64,000 nt of DNA from Mustelus asterias. Taxonomy: Eukaryota. The translations under genes and the position numbers were made by a program. How positions within the stretch are numbered: position 1 is the stretch's first letter; each line of letters begins with the position of its first letter. Shown here piece after piece: positions 21,755-34,651 of the stretch. The notes under the pieces were generated by a model that made no database searches, was not told where the DNA came from, and worked only from the letters and a program-made list of their open reading frames with translations. The stretch covers positions 930,001-994,000 of the forward strand of contig NW_027590142.1 of NCBI RefSeq assembly GCF_964213995.1, read 5' to 3'.

Positions 21755-23380
21755 ACTACGAAGGATGTGATTACACTAGAGAGGGTGCAGAGGAGACTCA
21801 CCAGGATGTTTCCTGGGCGAGATCGTATGAGCTATGAAGGGAGGCTGGTTAGGCTGGGGTTGTTTTCCTTAAAGCAGAGATGTGGGGGGGGGGGGGGGGG
21901 AGGGGGGGACCTGATTGAGGTCTACAGAATTACGAGGGATATAGATATTGTGACTAGGAAGGGACATTTCCCCTTAGTAGAGAGGTCAATAACGAGGTGA
22001 CATAAATTGAAGGTAGGGGGCAGCAGATTTAGTGGTGATTTGGGGTCAAAGCACTTTCATCCAATGGGTGGTGGGAATCTGGTACTGACTGCCTGATGAG
22101 ACGGCGACCCCTCACAACATTTAAGCAGCATTCAGGTGAACACTCGACACGCCGTAGCATGCAAGTCTACGGACCAAGTGCTGGGAAATTCGACTAGAAT
22201 AGCTGGGTGTTTGGTGATCCTCAACCACAGTTCTTGCGTGCAGATTGGAATGTCGCCTTTCGTATCCAGTGGACAGCGGCCAGTGGCAATGTCGGCCAAG
22301 GATTTGCGTCGCCTTGACTTTCCCCAGTACAATGCCCATGGATTGAAAACAGGATTCTGTGTGTGTGTGTGTGTGTGTGTGCCTGTGTGTGTTAGGATGT
22401 GTCTGTGTGCGCGGCGCAGTGAGTTCTGTCAATTACTTGTCACTATCATCATGACCATTGACATTGTAATTGATGCCGCTTCCCGCTGCTGCTGTGGATA
22501 AATTTAAATCCAAGCTAAGCACAGCTGCTGATCGTTCCGCACAGTTGGATATGAGGCACCTCAGTGACCCTTTTTTCAATGTGGATTGTAACACAAACAG
22601 GTTATTTACCAGGCTTGGGTAGGATTGGATTAATCAACGTTGTGTCAGTCCATCGGCCATCTCGGCCTCTGCACACAGTACAGCTGGAACCAATGTGTGT
22701 GAGGTCCTCAGCACAAGGACAAGAGTCATTTTGTTTTCACGAAGACTATTGCACTTATTCCCTTAGCATATTGCTGGCGTGATCCGACTGAGTGCCACTA
22801 TTGCTAAGGGTAAGGGGCGAATCTCGAGGTGCTAGAGACAGGAATCAAATTTGCTGCATAAATGAACATTTGTAACATTGAAATGATTCAAGCCTTGGCA
22901 CTTGCTGCTAATAGAGAAGGCACCATTATTAATGGTTCTAAAGATTGTTATTTATTGCAAGTTCTGGTATTGTTCTTGCAAGAATACTATTGTTGTTGCA
23001 AAGGGACATTGGTGTCCTCCCACACCAGTTACTGAAAGCAAGAATGCAGCGTCAGCAAGTAGTTAGAAAGGCATATGCTATGTTGGCCTTCATTGCAAGG
23101 ATGTATTCATACAGCTGTATCGGGCCTTGGAGAAACCATACCTGGAGTATTGCATGCAGTTTGGTCTCCTTATCTAATAAAGGATATACATACCATAGAG
23201 GGATTGCAGCAATGGTTGACCAGACTGGTTCCTGGGAGAGAACGATTGTCATATGAGGAAGTGATTGAGTCTACTGGGCCAATGTTCACTGAAATTTAGA
23301 TGAATGAAAGGGCATCTCACGGAAACGTATAAAAGTCTAAAAGAGCTGGACAGCCAGATGCAGGGATGTTGTATTCCCTC
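21755..23380 (+). mobile_element. Two CR1 3' fragments (21755-22290, 22995-23380) separated by a (TG)n tract and unique DNA
   Basis: LERVQRRLTRMFPG and VVRKAYAMLAFIAR translations. Confidence 0.7.
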
Positions 23381-23714
23381 TGAAACGATTATTAATAACC
23401 CACAAGTGCATAGAACCAATGATCGTGTCTTCAACACACACACACACATCTGTGACACAGATTGGTGAGTAAAGGATCTTTTCAGTCTGCGATATTCGAT
23501 GGTGATTCCTGCCCTTTTATGCAAACTTTACAACATGCATGAAATCCATTCCATTTCTCCTCCTTTTCTTGGCCATAGCCAACAATGTTAATCAGTCTAT
23601 TGGAGGATTCCATATGCAGAGTGGGTTGACAATTCTCCCAATGCCTCGTGTGTGCGTGTGTGTTTGTGTTTTCCACTGTGCCTCAACTCAGTGGTGTTAA
23701 ACCGGCAGGAGTCA

Positions 23715-24010
23715 TCATAGAATCCCTACAGTGCAGAAGTCTGCACCCAGATCCACAACCCGCCCTTTCCCCTAACTTCGCCAATCAAACAATCTAAACG
23801 TCTTGGGACACTAAGGAGTAATTGAGCATGGCCAATCCACCAAAACTTCAGACATGTTTGGACTATGGGAGGGAACCGGAGCACCGAGAGGAAACTCACA
23901 CACACACGGGGAGACCGTGCAAACTCCATATAGTCAGCCAAGGCTGGAATCGAAACCTGTTCTGTCGTGTAATGCGGCAGCAGTGTCAACCAATGTGCTA
24001 CCGTGTCGCC
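23715..24010 (-). mobile_element. tRNA-derived shark SINE
   Basis: Reverse complement of the SINE head (GACACGGTAGCACATTGGTTGACACTGCTGCC) with a CR1-type tail. Confidence 0.7.
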
Positions 24011-24682
24011 CTTCACCATGACTGATGTCTCTCTAACTTTAACAGATGTCAAGTTGGAAGTATCGCTGACGCAGTCAGAGGCAGAGATGGGGCTCCCAGG
24101 GTAGTTCCTGCCCCTAGCCTCCAAAACCAGTTGCTTCGACCTCAGTGGCCAGTGGCCATATTAGAACCAGAAGAGTACCGGGAAGAGGCAGGACCAGCTA
24201 AATATCCAACAGTGAGGAGTCTGAAGGAAGAGTCACTGCTTCCAATGACCTTACACACAATATATTTGCTTTCGATGTCAGGAGGGTGACGATGGAGGAC
24301 ACCCTGCTTATGTCAGTGCACAGCTAACACAGTGAGGCTAAAGCAACATGAAATCGGTCACCTAGTGAAACAATATTCCAAATGGTAATGTTAACGGGAA
24401 CATCAGGAATAGGGTTCAATTCATCGTGAGTAACAGTGAGTCTGTGCAGACTTAATTAACAATGAAGATTTGTTGACGCCCATTCTGTATTAAGGTGGGT
24501 GTCATCATGTGATGACAGCGTCTTCCATTCCAGGCAGCCAATAGTCGTTGTCTTGTCAAGGCCTTCCCCCTCCCATTGCACAAATCCTTGTGACTGACGA
24601 TCAGAATCTAACGATCAGCTTAGTACTTTGTTCAGTGAGTGACTGGGGGTTCTGTCGGGGTGTCTAATTTAACACAGGCTCC

Positions 24683-24734
24683 ATGAGCATGATGCTAGCG
24701 ATATTTCTCTGTGTGTTCCTTGTCATCTTATCTT
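24683..24734 (+). CDS. Leader exon of the IgH-like V (MSMMLAIFLCVFLVILS)
   Basis: ATG at 24683, phase-1 donor GTGAGT at 24735; shark IgH-type leader ending CVQS after splicing. Confidence 0.9.
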
Positions 24735-24853
24735 GTGAGTAGTTGGATATTATCAGAAAATTTGCACAGTTTCTGTTGGACATCAATCATTCCCTGTGGA
24801 ATGACACAAACTGGATTCACCTCACCATAATTATTGTTTCTTCCCTTTAGCAG

Positions 24854-25158
24854 GCGTCCAGTCGGATGTGGTGTTGACCCAGCCAGAGGCAGAAACGGGG
24901 GTAGTAGGGCAATCCCTGACCCTAACCTGTAAAACCAGCGGATTTGATCTTGGGAGCTACACCATGCTCTGGTACCGGCACAGTCCTGAGACGGGACTGG
25001 GATGGCTGCTTTGGTACAATAATGAAAATAGAAACGATTACAATCAGCAGCTTGGTGGACGATTCATTGCATCCAAGGACCTTTCCAACAACGTATTCGA
25101 TCTCTCTGTCAGCACGTTAACAATAGCAGACAGCGCGACGTATTACTGTGCACAGCAG
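24854..25158 (+). CDS. Immunoglobulin heavy-chain-like V in the TCR-delta locus (IgHV / TAILV type) with a 23-RSS
   Basis: DVVLTQPEAETG...LTCKTSGFDLGSYTMLWYR...GLGWLLWY...RFIASKDLSNNVF...DSATYYCAQQ resembles shark IgM VH; RSS CACACTG(25159)-23-ACAAAAACC(25189-25197). Confidence 0.9.
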
Positions 25159-26454
25159 CACACTGATATAGATCACATCCAGACTTGTACAAAAACCCAC
25201 AAGAGGAATTGCAGCCATTTCCCTGCTTTTCTTTCCATTCATGGGATGCCCATCCTTAATTTTCCATGAATTGAATGGTTTCTTAGGTCATTTCAAATGG
25301 TGCTTGAGAGTCAACCGCATTGTTGCGTGGATATGCCGTCACATGTAAGCAAGATCAAGTAAGGAAGGCAGATTTCCTTCCATAAAACGACATTCGTGAA
25401 TCAGATTATTCTTCACGACAATCGACAATGGTTTCATGGTCATCATTAGATTTTTGCTTTCAGATTTTTATTGAATTCAAATTTCAGCATCTGCCTTTGT
25501 GGGATTCAAGCCCCATTTGCACAGTAATTATTCCATTGCTCTGTGGTTCTTATGTGGAACTTGCTACCACAGGGAGTAACTAAGGCAAATCGCACAGATG
25601 CATTTAAGGCGAATCTAGTTAAGCATACGAGGGAGAAGGAAACCTAAAAATATATTGATCGGATTGGATGAAGAGCATTGGAGGAAAGGCCATCCGCGGC
25701 AATAATATCAGTATGTTGGAACGACCGAAAGACCAGCGTCTGTGTGTCGATTCTATGAGTCGATGTTTCTGTTGCATTGATGAGTGCGTTCTGTTCACTG
25801 TGCCACCAGAGAGCATTGGGAGAGCAATGACAATGAGAGCATTGACAAATACATAGATTAGCTACCGTTTTTTCTTCCACTATTGAGCAAAGGTATACAC
25901 GCGAGACGAATGAAACAACCGAGAAGCGCGACTGACCCTTCCTGTTCCAGTCTGACAGAATTACACAGAGCTGTTGGTGAAGGACACTCACGCGGAGTTC
26001 AGGCCAGATAGCTGATCATTGAATGTGGATGCACCCTGTGAATCTTGACCAGGACCAGAATAGACGAAAGAAAAGCAAGTTTCTCCTGAAACTGAGAAAT
26101 TCGAAAGGTTATTCCTTACTGCTAAACATGCGGATTATGTATTGAAACGTTTCTGATTGTCAGACGCAATGTGACAATGTGTGCTCTTCACTAATACTAA
26201 GTAACTGAAAGCAGCAGATTATTTCGATGGCTATTGAGATAATCATTGTCGCAGTGTGAACTTACGTTCGCTCACAATAGTGGGTCCATGCGCATCCTTT
26301 TAGCCACATGCTTAATGTTAATTTCACATGGCGCATATTTCATGCACGGTTGTTTCAAACATAAAAACTGCGCAAATACCTGCTCACAAAGCTGTTTTGA
26401 TTTGCCCAGGATGGAACAATACAACAAAACTTGCAAACATTGCTTCCTTCATAC

Positions 26455-26925
26455 CATCAAATGGTTAGAAGTGGGGATCTCTGCTTATGACTGCACAATG
26501 CTTAGCATCATTCGCAACTCCTCAGATGCCGACGCACTCTATGTCCAAATGCAACAAGACCTGGACAATATCCAGGCTTGAGCTGGCAGGTCACAACAAA
26601 ACATTTAAGCTGCACAAGTGCCAGGCAATGACCATCTCCAACAAGAAAGAGTCGAACAGTCGCCCTTAAAAATTCAACCGCATTACCATTACTGAATCTC
26701 ATTCAACATTCCCCTCCAAGCTTCTCACCATCCTGGCTTGGAAATGTATCACCATTCCTTCATTGTGGCTGAGTCAAAATCATGGGACTCCCTCCCTCGC
26801 ATCACGGTGGGTGTAATTACACCACATGGACTGCAATGGTTCAAGTTGGTACTTCACCGCCACCTTGGACAATAAATGCTTCGCGACCCAGTAACACGCA
26901 CAAACCTATAAATAAACAATAAAAA
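26455..26925 (+). mobile_element. L2/CR1-group LINE fragment (deleted RT and 3' tail)
   Basis: QMQQDLDNIQA, KCQAMTISNK; tail GGACAATAAATGCT; same family as 50640-52445. Confidence 0.65.
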
Positions 26926-27279
26926 GTTGGAACATGAAATTCTTTGCAAACGAATCTCTCATACCCTCCACCTTATCTCAGATTTTGTACTTTATTTTCT
27001 TCCCGCTTTGCCCATTCAGTTGCTCAAAGCCTATTAGATTTCTAACTCTCCTGATGCAAGGTCACAGTCAAAAACTGGGAACTCTCTTTCTATCTCCAAA
27101 CTGTTGTCTGACCTGCTAAATATTCCCAATATTTTCTGCTTCGATTTCAGATTTGGTCGTGCACACCAGATTCATAGAATCACTAAAGTGCAGAAGCAGT
27201 TATGAGGCCCATGAAATCTGTATCGACTCTCTCACAGACTATCCCTTGCCATCCCATGCAACCCAACGCATTTCCAACG

Positions 27280-28080
27280 CAGGTTGTAGCGAAAGGTCAA
27301 CTTAATATGAGTTAGGTCCATTCAAAGGTCTGACAGCAGCAAGGAAGAAGCTGCTTTTGAGACGGTTGATACGTAACCTCAGACTTTTGCATCTCTTCTC
27401 GACGGAAGAAGGTGGAAGAGAATATGCCCTGGGTGCGTGTGGTCCTTGATCATGCTGGCTGCTTTGCCGAGGCAGTGGGAAGTGTAGACAGAGTCAAAGG
27501 ATGGGAGGCTGGTTCGCGTGATGAACTGGGCTTCGTTTACGATCGTTTGTAGTTTCTTGTGATCTTGGACAGAGCAGGAGCAAGCCGTGATAGAGCCAGA
27601 AAGGATACTTTCTATGGTGCACCTCTAAAGGTTGGTAAGAGTCGCAGCGGACATGCCGAATGTCCTTAGCCTCTTGAGAAAGTGAAGGCGTTGGTGGGCT
27701 TTTTTTAACTGCAGCCTCGGCGTGGAGAGATAAGACGGGTTGTTGGTGATCCGGACACCGAGAAACCTGAAGCTCTTGAGTATTTCCACTTCATCCCGTT
27801 GATGTAGACAAGGGCGTGTCTTCCATCACGCTTCCTGAAGTCGATGACTAGGTCATTTGTTTTGTTGACACTGAGGGAGAGATTATTAGCATCGCATCAA
27901 TTCACCAAATTCTCTCTATCTTTCCTGTGCTCTGTCTAATCATTGTCTGAGATCCGCCCTACTACAGTGGCGTCTCAGCAAAGTTGCAAATCGAGCTTGA
28001 GGGGAATTTGGCCACAGAATCTTAGGTGTATGAGGAGTAAAGTAAGGGGCTGAGGACACAGACTCGTGTCGAGAATAATG
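27280..28080 (-). mobile_element. Rex1/Babar-like LINE 3' fragment
   Basis: The minus strand encodes degenerate FA(DD)..VVGRISDND..E.RK..ENLVN motifs; PQGCVLSP-like sequence near 28060. Confidence 0.65.
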
Positions 28081-30253
28081 AACACCTTGAATATATTCCA
28101 TTCTCAACGAAAGTCATCACTCAGGAAACATCCAACACCCATCCATGTCTCACCCTTCAGAGCAAAGCTATGTAAGAATAACATCCTGCAATTATGTGTG
28201 GAGTCTTGAGAAACTGAGCTGACACAGAATATTCGCCATCCAAATTCGTATTTATATGGAATACCCAAGGAGAGATAATTGCATTGGCAGGAAGGCAGGT
28301 GTCAAAATCACGCAGATTTAAATGATTTGCACTCGTTTCTGGTTGTTCAGGAGCCAAATAGTTAGAGTGGGGGAGCCGGTTCGTTAGTGATTTTCAAAGG
28401 GGAGTACGTTCAGTATTTACAATGTCAACATTGTAAATATTATGTGTTAATTGCAGGGAGGTGGAAACATGTCGAAAAGGGGTTGAGTGATGGAATCTTC
28501 CATCCTGGTAGAACAGAAGGTTTATAGGAAGAACATCACTTAGGACTTCATCTCCATTTCTGATCTCATCCTGACCTAACAACATGTGTCCGCTCATTGA
28601 TGGTTGTGGGTTTTCAATACTGGGATATGGGCAGTTGATAGCCCACTGGTATTGACACTAGATTAGCGACTCAAGGACCCAGGTTACTAAGTCGGGCGGG
28701 TACCCAAGTTCAAATCCGAACAAGGCAGATGATGAAATTTGAAGTAAATAAAAAAACCATTGAGACCATTGTCGATTGTTGTCAAAACCCATCTTGTTTA
28801 CTAATGCCCTTTTAGGGAAGGAAATGTGCCTAAATGTGACTCCAGAAACACAGCAATATGGTTGACTCTTAAAGGTTTCTGGTCAATGGTTGCCCCCAGG
28901 ATTTTCCAGCTATGAAAGAAGCATTTCGATGACCACCTGACACGCATTATATACAAGGTTATGGACCAAGAGCTGGAAGATGTGATTGGAATGGTTACAT
29001 GTTTGATGGCTAGCACAGACAAGATGGGCCGAAGGTCTGTAGAAGTTTATGACTCTTTGACTAACTCGACAGCTCCCCTTTCAAATCAGCCACGGGACAT
29101 TAAACGCCCAACAGACAAGGCAGATTATTTGATACCTCATCTAAACATTGATGAGTGATATTGCAGAACTTCCTCAACACAAACAGAAAATGCTAGAAAA
29201 TCTCACAGCTCTGACAGCATCTGTGGGGAGCGAATAGTGCACACGTTTCGAGTCTAGATGACCTTTCGCTAGCTCTGACGAAGGGTTCTCTAGGCTCGAA
29301 GCAAAAACAGAAAATTCTGGAAAATCCCAGCATCTGTGGAGAGAAAATTGAGTCAAGGTTTTGAGGCTGGATAACAGAACCAAGCTTACCTGATCTGACT
29401 CCAGATGCACAGCAATGGCTTGCCATCTGGAATGATCTAACAATTGTCCGGTTTCTCCTACAGTCCGAAAGACGTGCTGGTTAGGTGCCTTGACCATGCT
29501 AAATTGTCCCTCAGTGTACCCGAACAGGTGCCAGAGTGTGGCGACGGGGGGATTGTCACAGTAACTTCACTGCAGTGTTAATGTAAGCCCAGCTGTTGCA
29601 CTAATTAATAAACTTTAAACAATCCATTCAATTCAGGGCAATTAGGGATGTGAGCGAAGTCCTCACCCCTTGAGATGATAAATAAAACCAAAACCGATTC
29701 ACCTACTTCTCATCAAATCCTTCGATGGATGCCCTTCTCAACGTCTCTGGAATCGTCTCCAACCTGTGTTCTTTTTCAATCTGTTGTTTCTATAGTTTTT
29801 GCCTTTTGAAAGTGCCCCTAATTCTTTTCGCCCCTCAATCCGCAACTGTGCCTTCAATTGCCTTCTTCCTGAGCTGGGGAATTCTCGAGGTTAATTCCTC
29901 ACCTTCCCGCCTGCCCGCCCCCCCTCCCCCAATCCCCCCTCCCTCATCCCCGCCCACTTTTCCACCTCAGCTTCCTTACCTCCGTTCTTTTAACAATTTT
30001 CCTGAAAAATTACCCCAACCGCAGAACATCCTGCTGGTTATCTAACCCCTACAGGTGTGCTGTGCCAAATATTTTTAGCCAGTGCTCATGTGAAATCACA
30101 TGGACGGTTTTAATCGGGTGCGTTGCTTCATGGGAGTGGAATTGATAGTTGCATCAATCAGCGACATTCTGCTGTCGCAGCTGAGATGATACATGCGACA
30201 GCAGTAGCAGCAACAGCTGCTGAAGAGTTTTTGTGCTGGCATGTATCACTGTG

Positions 30254-30268
30254 GGGATATCGTGGGAC
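30254..30268 (+). CDS. TRDD: TCR-delta D segment GGGATATCGTGGGAC (12/23 RSS)
   Basis: AGTTTTTGT(30226)-12-CACTGTG(30247-30253); CACAGTA(30269)-23-GCAATAACC(30299-30307); open in all three frames. Confidence 0.93.
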
Positions 30269-30392
30269 CACAGTAGTTGAATCTCCCTTCACGCCCGTGC
30301 AATAACCTCACAGCCCACAGGAGAACACCAAACTCTCTCAACAGCACACTCCCAGCACCACAATGGATCTTGTTATGGAATCAACGGGTGTG

Positions 30393-30455
30393 TAACGTAT
30401 GGAGAGACTGCAAAGCTCATCTTCGGCAATGGAACCAGGCTGATTGTGGAACCCA
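30393..30455 (+). CDS. TRDJ: J-delta (TYGETAKLIFGNGTRLIVEP)
   Basis: GGATCTTGT-12-GGGTGTG RSS, FGxG motif, donor GTAAGT at 30456. Confidence 0.9.
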
Positions 30456-31544
30456 GTAAGTAACTAATCCTGGATAATGATCACTCAACATATTATTTTC
30501 TCCCTATCACTTCATTGAGACAGACAGTCGCTGTGTTATTTCAATTATCACTTGTTCTATAGACCGGGTGAGGAACTCTCATTGGGAATCCAAAGAGCAG
30601 CTTCAATGGACATTGAGATGGAGCAGATGAAATCTTTTTTGATTCCACAATTCACGATTGTTTCCTTAAAACATTTAATTGGCCTTGAATCATAAAAACC
30701 CACTTGGGTAGCGAGCAAGGAGATGTGTTAATGAAATGTTTGTGCGTAATGCAATTAAATGACACATTGATAGATAGTTAGAAGAGGCACGCCCCGATAG
30801 AGTCATAGAGATAGACAGCACCGTAAAAGTCGCTTCAGCCTAACGAGGGGCAGAGATAGCGCAGACAGGAAGACACGTATCCCCATTTTAGAGGGATCAA
30901 TGAGCAGTGTTCTTTTGGTGGGGGTGGGGGGGGATGCATTGATTTAAGGCAGGGATAGGCGATTTGGAGGGAATGTGACGAGAACCTTTTCGTCCTAAGG
31001 GTGACAGAAATCTGGAACTCACTGTCTGAAAGGGTGGTGGTGACAGAGACCCTCACAACATTTAAGGAGTGTTTGGTTATGCGCTTTTGATGCCATATCA
31101 TACACGGCAATGGACCAAGTGCTGGAAATGGGATTAGAAAAGTCAGCTGGTTTATCTTTGGCCGGGGCAGACACGATGGGCCGAAGAGCCTTTGATATAC
31201 TGTAGACTTCTATTCTATTCCCTTGTGGGAGAGTCTAGGACCAGAGGCTAAATCCCAGAATAAGGGGTTGCCGATTTAAAGAGAGAGATGATGAAGAATT
31301 TCGTCCTTCAGACGGTACCGAATCTGTGGACTTCGTTACCACAGAGGGATGTATAGGCTGTCGTTAAGCATTTTCAATGCTGGGATAGACAGATTTTTAA
31401 TCCGCAAGGAAATCGAGGGTTATGAGGACACTGGAGTTGAGGATTATCACATCAGATCAGTCGTGATCTCATTGAATGATGGGTGAGCCGAATGGCCTCC
31501 TTCTGCTCAGGGAGAAGTATCGGGGAGATGGAAAAAGCGAATCA

Positions 31545-31860
31545 GAGAATCCGACAGTGCAGAAGGAGGCCATTCAGCCCATCGAGTCTGCACTGACCAC
31601 AATCCCACACATGCGCTATCCCCATAACTCCACATATTTACCTTGCTAATCCCCTGACACTACGGTCAATTTAGCTTGGTCAATCAACCTAACCCGCAAT
31701 CTTTGGACTGTGGGAGGAAACCGGAGCACCCGGAGGAAACCCACGTAGACACGGGGAGAACATGCAGACTCCACACAGAGAGTGACCCGAGGCCGGAATT
31801 GAATCCGGGTCCCTGGCTGTGAGGCAGCAGTGCTAACCATTGTGCCACTTTGCCGCCCTC
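31545..31860 (-). mobile_element. tRNA-derived shark SINE (HE1-like)
   Basis: Minus-strand head GGCGGCAAAGTGGCACAATGGTTAGCACTGCTGCCTCACAGCCAGGGACCCGGATTCAATTCC with a CR1-derived tail. Confidence 0.8.
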
Positions 31861-32119
31861 CGTCAATTTCTTGTCCAAATATTGTGCTCTTTAAAATATG
31901 TTTAAAAAAACAGTGGGAACTAAGTCTGTGTGTGTGTGGGGGGGTGGGGGGGGGGGGTGGGGGGGGGTGGTGGGGAGGGGGGTGGACAGGGAGGAAATGG
32001 TTATATTTGGTTCGGGAGGGAAGCTAATTAAAAAGAGTAATAATAACTCAAAGTGAATGTAAGCTAGACCTGGGTTCATGTGGCTGGGTCGATATTTTGT
32101 AGTAGTTGTTACAACTGTG

Positions 32120-32178
32120 CTATGGTGGAATTGTGAAGCTTGTCTTTGGCGAAGGGACAAAACTCACTGTGGAGCCCA
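32120..32178 (+). CDS. TRDJ: J-delta (YGGIVKLVFGEGTKLTVEP)
   Basis: ATATTTTGT-12-AACTGTG RSS; donor GTAAGT at 32179. Confidence 0.92.
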
Positions 32179-32591
32179 GTAAGTCCTCAACTATTTTCCA
32201 CCATGACCTATTTACAGTAGGGGGACAATTGAAAATTACACTTCGAATATATATCACCAAATCATGTTTTTTGTTTCAATCGGTATCTACTTTTGGGGAT
32301 GAGAGGTAATATAATGGCCATTAATAACGGGGAGAGGTCCTGTGCCGTATGTGTGAAAGTCCCTGCCCCTGAGCCAGAAAAGCCGGGTTCGAGTCCTAAT
32401 CAATGTACTTGATGGCCAAGGAAGGTGAGGCACTGGTGGTAAGAGTGGGAGAGATTCCTGCTCAGCCACGTTTGATATGGAGCGTGGCTTCCTCGATCTC
32501 TAAGCCCCTGGCAACAGTATAGTGACCTGCTCCAGAAATAACTAGCTCTGAAAACAGATCAATTCTGCCTTTGTGCACCATTGGGTGCAGT

Positions 32592-34453
32592 AAGGGAATT
32601 AGAAGTCACGAGATGTTCTTGGCAGGCAGCATTAAGGAGAATCCTAAGGCATTCTATTCATACGTTAGGAACAAAAGAGTTGTCAGGGAGAAAATCGGTC
32701 ATCTCAGGGACAAAGGAGGGGAATTATGCTTAGAACACATGGGAATAGGGGAGATCCTAAATGAATACTTTGCATCGGTATTCACGAAGAAGAGGGGCGT
32801 GTTAACTGGGAGTGTCTCGGAGGGAGGTGTTGACCCGCAAGAGAAAATCTCCATTACAAGAGAGGAAGTGTTAGATTTTTTACGGAACATTAAAACTAAC
32901 AAAGCCCCAGGGCCTGATGGCATCTATCCGCGACTGCTCAGGGAGACAAGAGATGAAATTGCTGGGCCTCTGACGGAAATCTTTGTCGCTTCTTTGGACA
33001 CGGGTGAGGTCCCTGAGGATTGGAGGATAGCGAATGTGGTCCCGTTGTTTAAGAAGGGTAGCAGGGATAACCCAGGAAATTATAGGTTGGTGAGCTTGAC
33101 GTCCGTGGTAGGGAAGTTGTTAGAGAGGATTCTTAGAGACAGGATGTATGTACATTTAGAACGGAACAATTTCATTAGTGACAGACAGCATGGTTTTGTA
33201 AGAGGGAGGTCGTGCCTTACAAATTTGGTGGAGTTTTTTGAGGAAGTGACAAAAACGGTTGATGAAGGAAGGGCCGTGGATGTCGTCTATATGGATTTCA
33301 GGAAGGCATTTGACAAAGTCCCACATGGCAGGTTGGTTAAGAAGGTTAAGGCTCATGGGATACAAGGAGAAGTGGCTAGATGGGTGGAGAACTGGCTTGG
33401 CCATAGGAGACAGAGGGTAGTGGTCGAAGGGTCATTTTCCGGCTGGAGGTCTGTGACCAGTGGTGTTCCGCAGGGCTCTGTACTGGGACCTCTGCTATTT
33501 GTGATATATATAAATGATTTGGAAGAAGGTGTAACTGGTGTTATCAGCAAGTTTGCGGATGACACAAAGATGGCTGGACTTGCGGATAGCGAAGAGCATT
33601 GTCGGGCAATACAGCAGGATATAGATAGGCTGGAAAATTGGGCGGAGAGGTGGCAGATGGAGTTTAATCCGGATAAATGCGAAGTGATGCATTTTGGAAG
33701 AAATAATGTAGGGTGGAGATATACAATAAATGGCAGAGTCATCAGGAGTATAGAAACACAGAGGGACCTAGATGTGCAAGTCCACAAATCCTTGAAGGTG
33801 GCAACACAGGTGGAGAAGGTGGTGAAGAAGGCATATGGTATGCTTGCCTTTATAGGACGGGGTATAGAGTATAAAAGCTGGAGTCTGATGATGCAGCTGT
33901 ATAGAACGCTGGTTAGGCCACATTTGGAGTACTGCGTCCAGTTCTGGTCGCCACACTACCAGAAGGACGTGGAGGTGTTAGAGAGAGTGCAGAGAAGGTT
34001 TACCAGGATGTTGCCTGGTATGGAGGGTCTAAGCTATGAGGAGAGATTGGGTAAACTGGGGTTGTTCTCCCTGGAAAGACGGAGAATGAGGGGAGATCTA
34101 ATAGAGGTGTACAAGATTATGAAGGGGATAGATAGGGTGAACGGTGGGAAGCTTTTTCCCAGATCAGAAGTGACGTTCACGAGGGGTCACGGGCTCAAGG
34201 TGAGAGGGGCGAAGTATAACTCAGATATTAGAGGGATGCTTTTTACACAGACGGTGGTGGGGGCCTGGAATGCGCTGCCAAGTAGGGTGGTGGAGGCAAG
34301 CACGCTGACGTCGTTTAAGACTTACCTGGATAGTCACATGAGCAGCCTGGGAATGGAGGGATACAAACGATTCGTCTAGTTGGACCAAGGAGCGGCACAG
34401 GCTTGGAGGGCCGAAGGGCCTGTTTCCTGTGCTGTACTGTTCTTTGTTCTTTG
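32592..34453 (+). mobile_element. Young 5'-truncated CR1 LINE with an uninterrupted RT frame
   Basis: 602-aa ORF 32571-34379 (VPQGSVLGP, KFADD); (TTCTTTG)n tail. Confidence 0.95.
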
Positions 34454-34651
34454 TATGTCCTTTGTGTTATAGAATCGTATAAGATCCATTGTTCCTCTTT
34501 TGGCGTAAATAAATTTTAAGATGAACTCTTCGCACACCATAACAGCTTTCAAGGCAACTAGTTAATCTTCCAGTTTCCTTGCTATGTGTATTAGCCAGAA
34601 ACTGAATGACCTTATGCATTGGTCGCTTTCTGCTGGCAATGTGTCACGGTG

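Noticed and set aside
24328-24355. Isolated CACAGTG upstream of the IgH-like V
   Set aside because: No convincing nonamer and no coding segment.
25540-25600. CTCTGTG...CACAGGG as a possible Ig D after the IgH-like V
   Set aside because: No nonamers at valid spacing; the sequence belongs to a CR1 3' fragment.
26252-26279. CAGTGTG-AACTTACGTTCGCT-CACAATA as a possible second D
   Set aside because: The heptamers are plausible, but there is no acceptable nonamer at 12 or 22/23 bp on either side.
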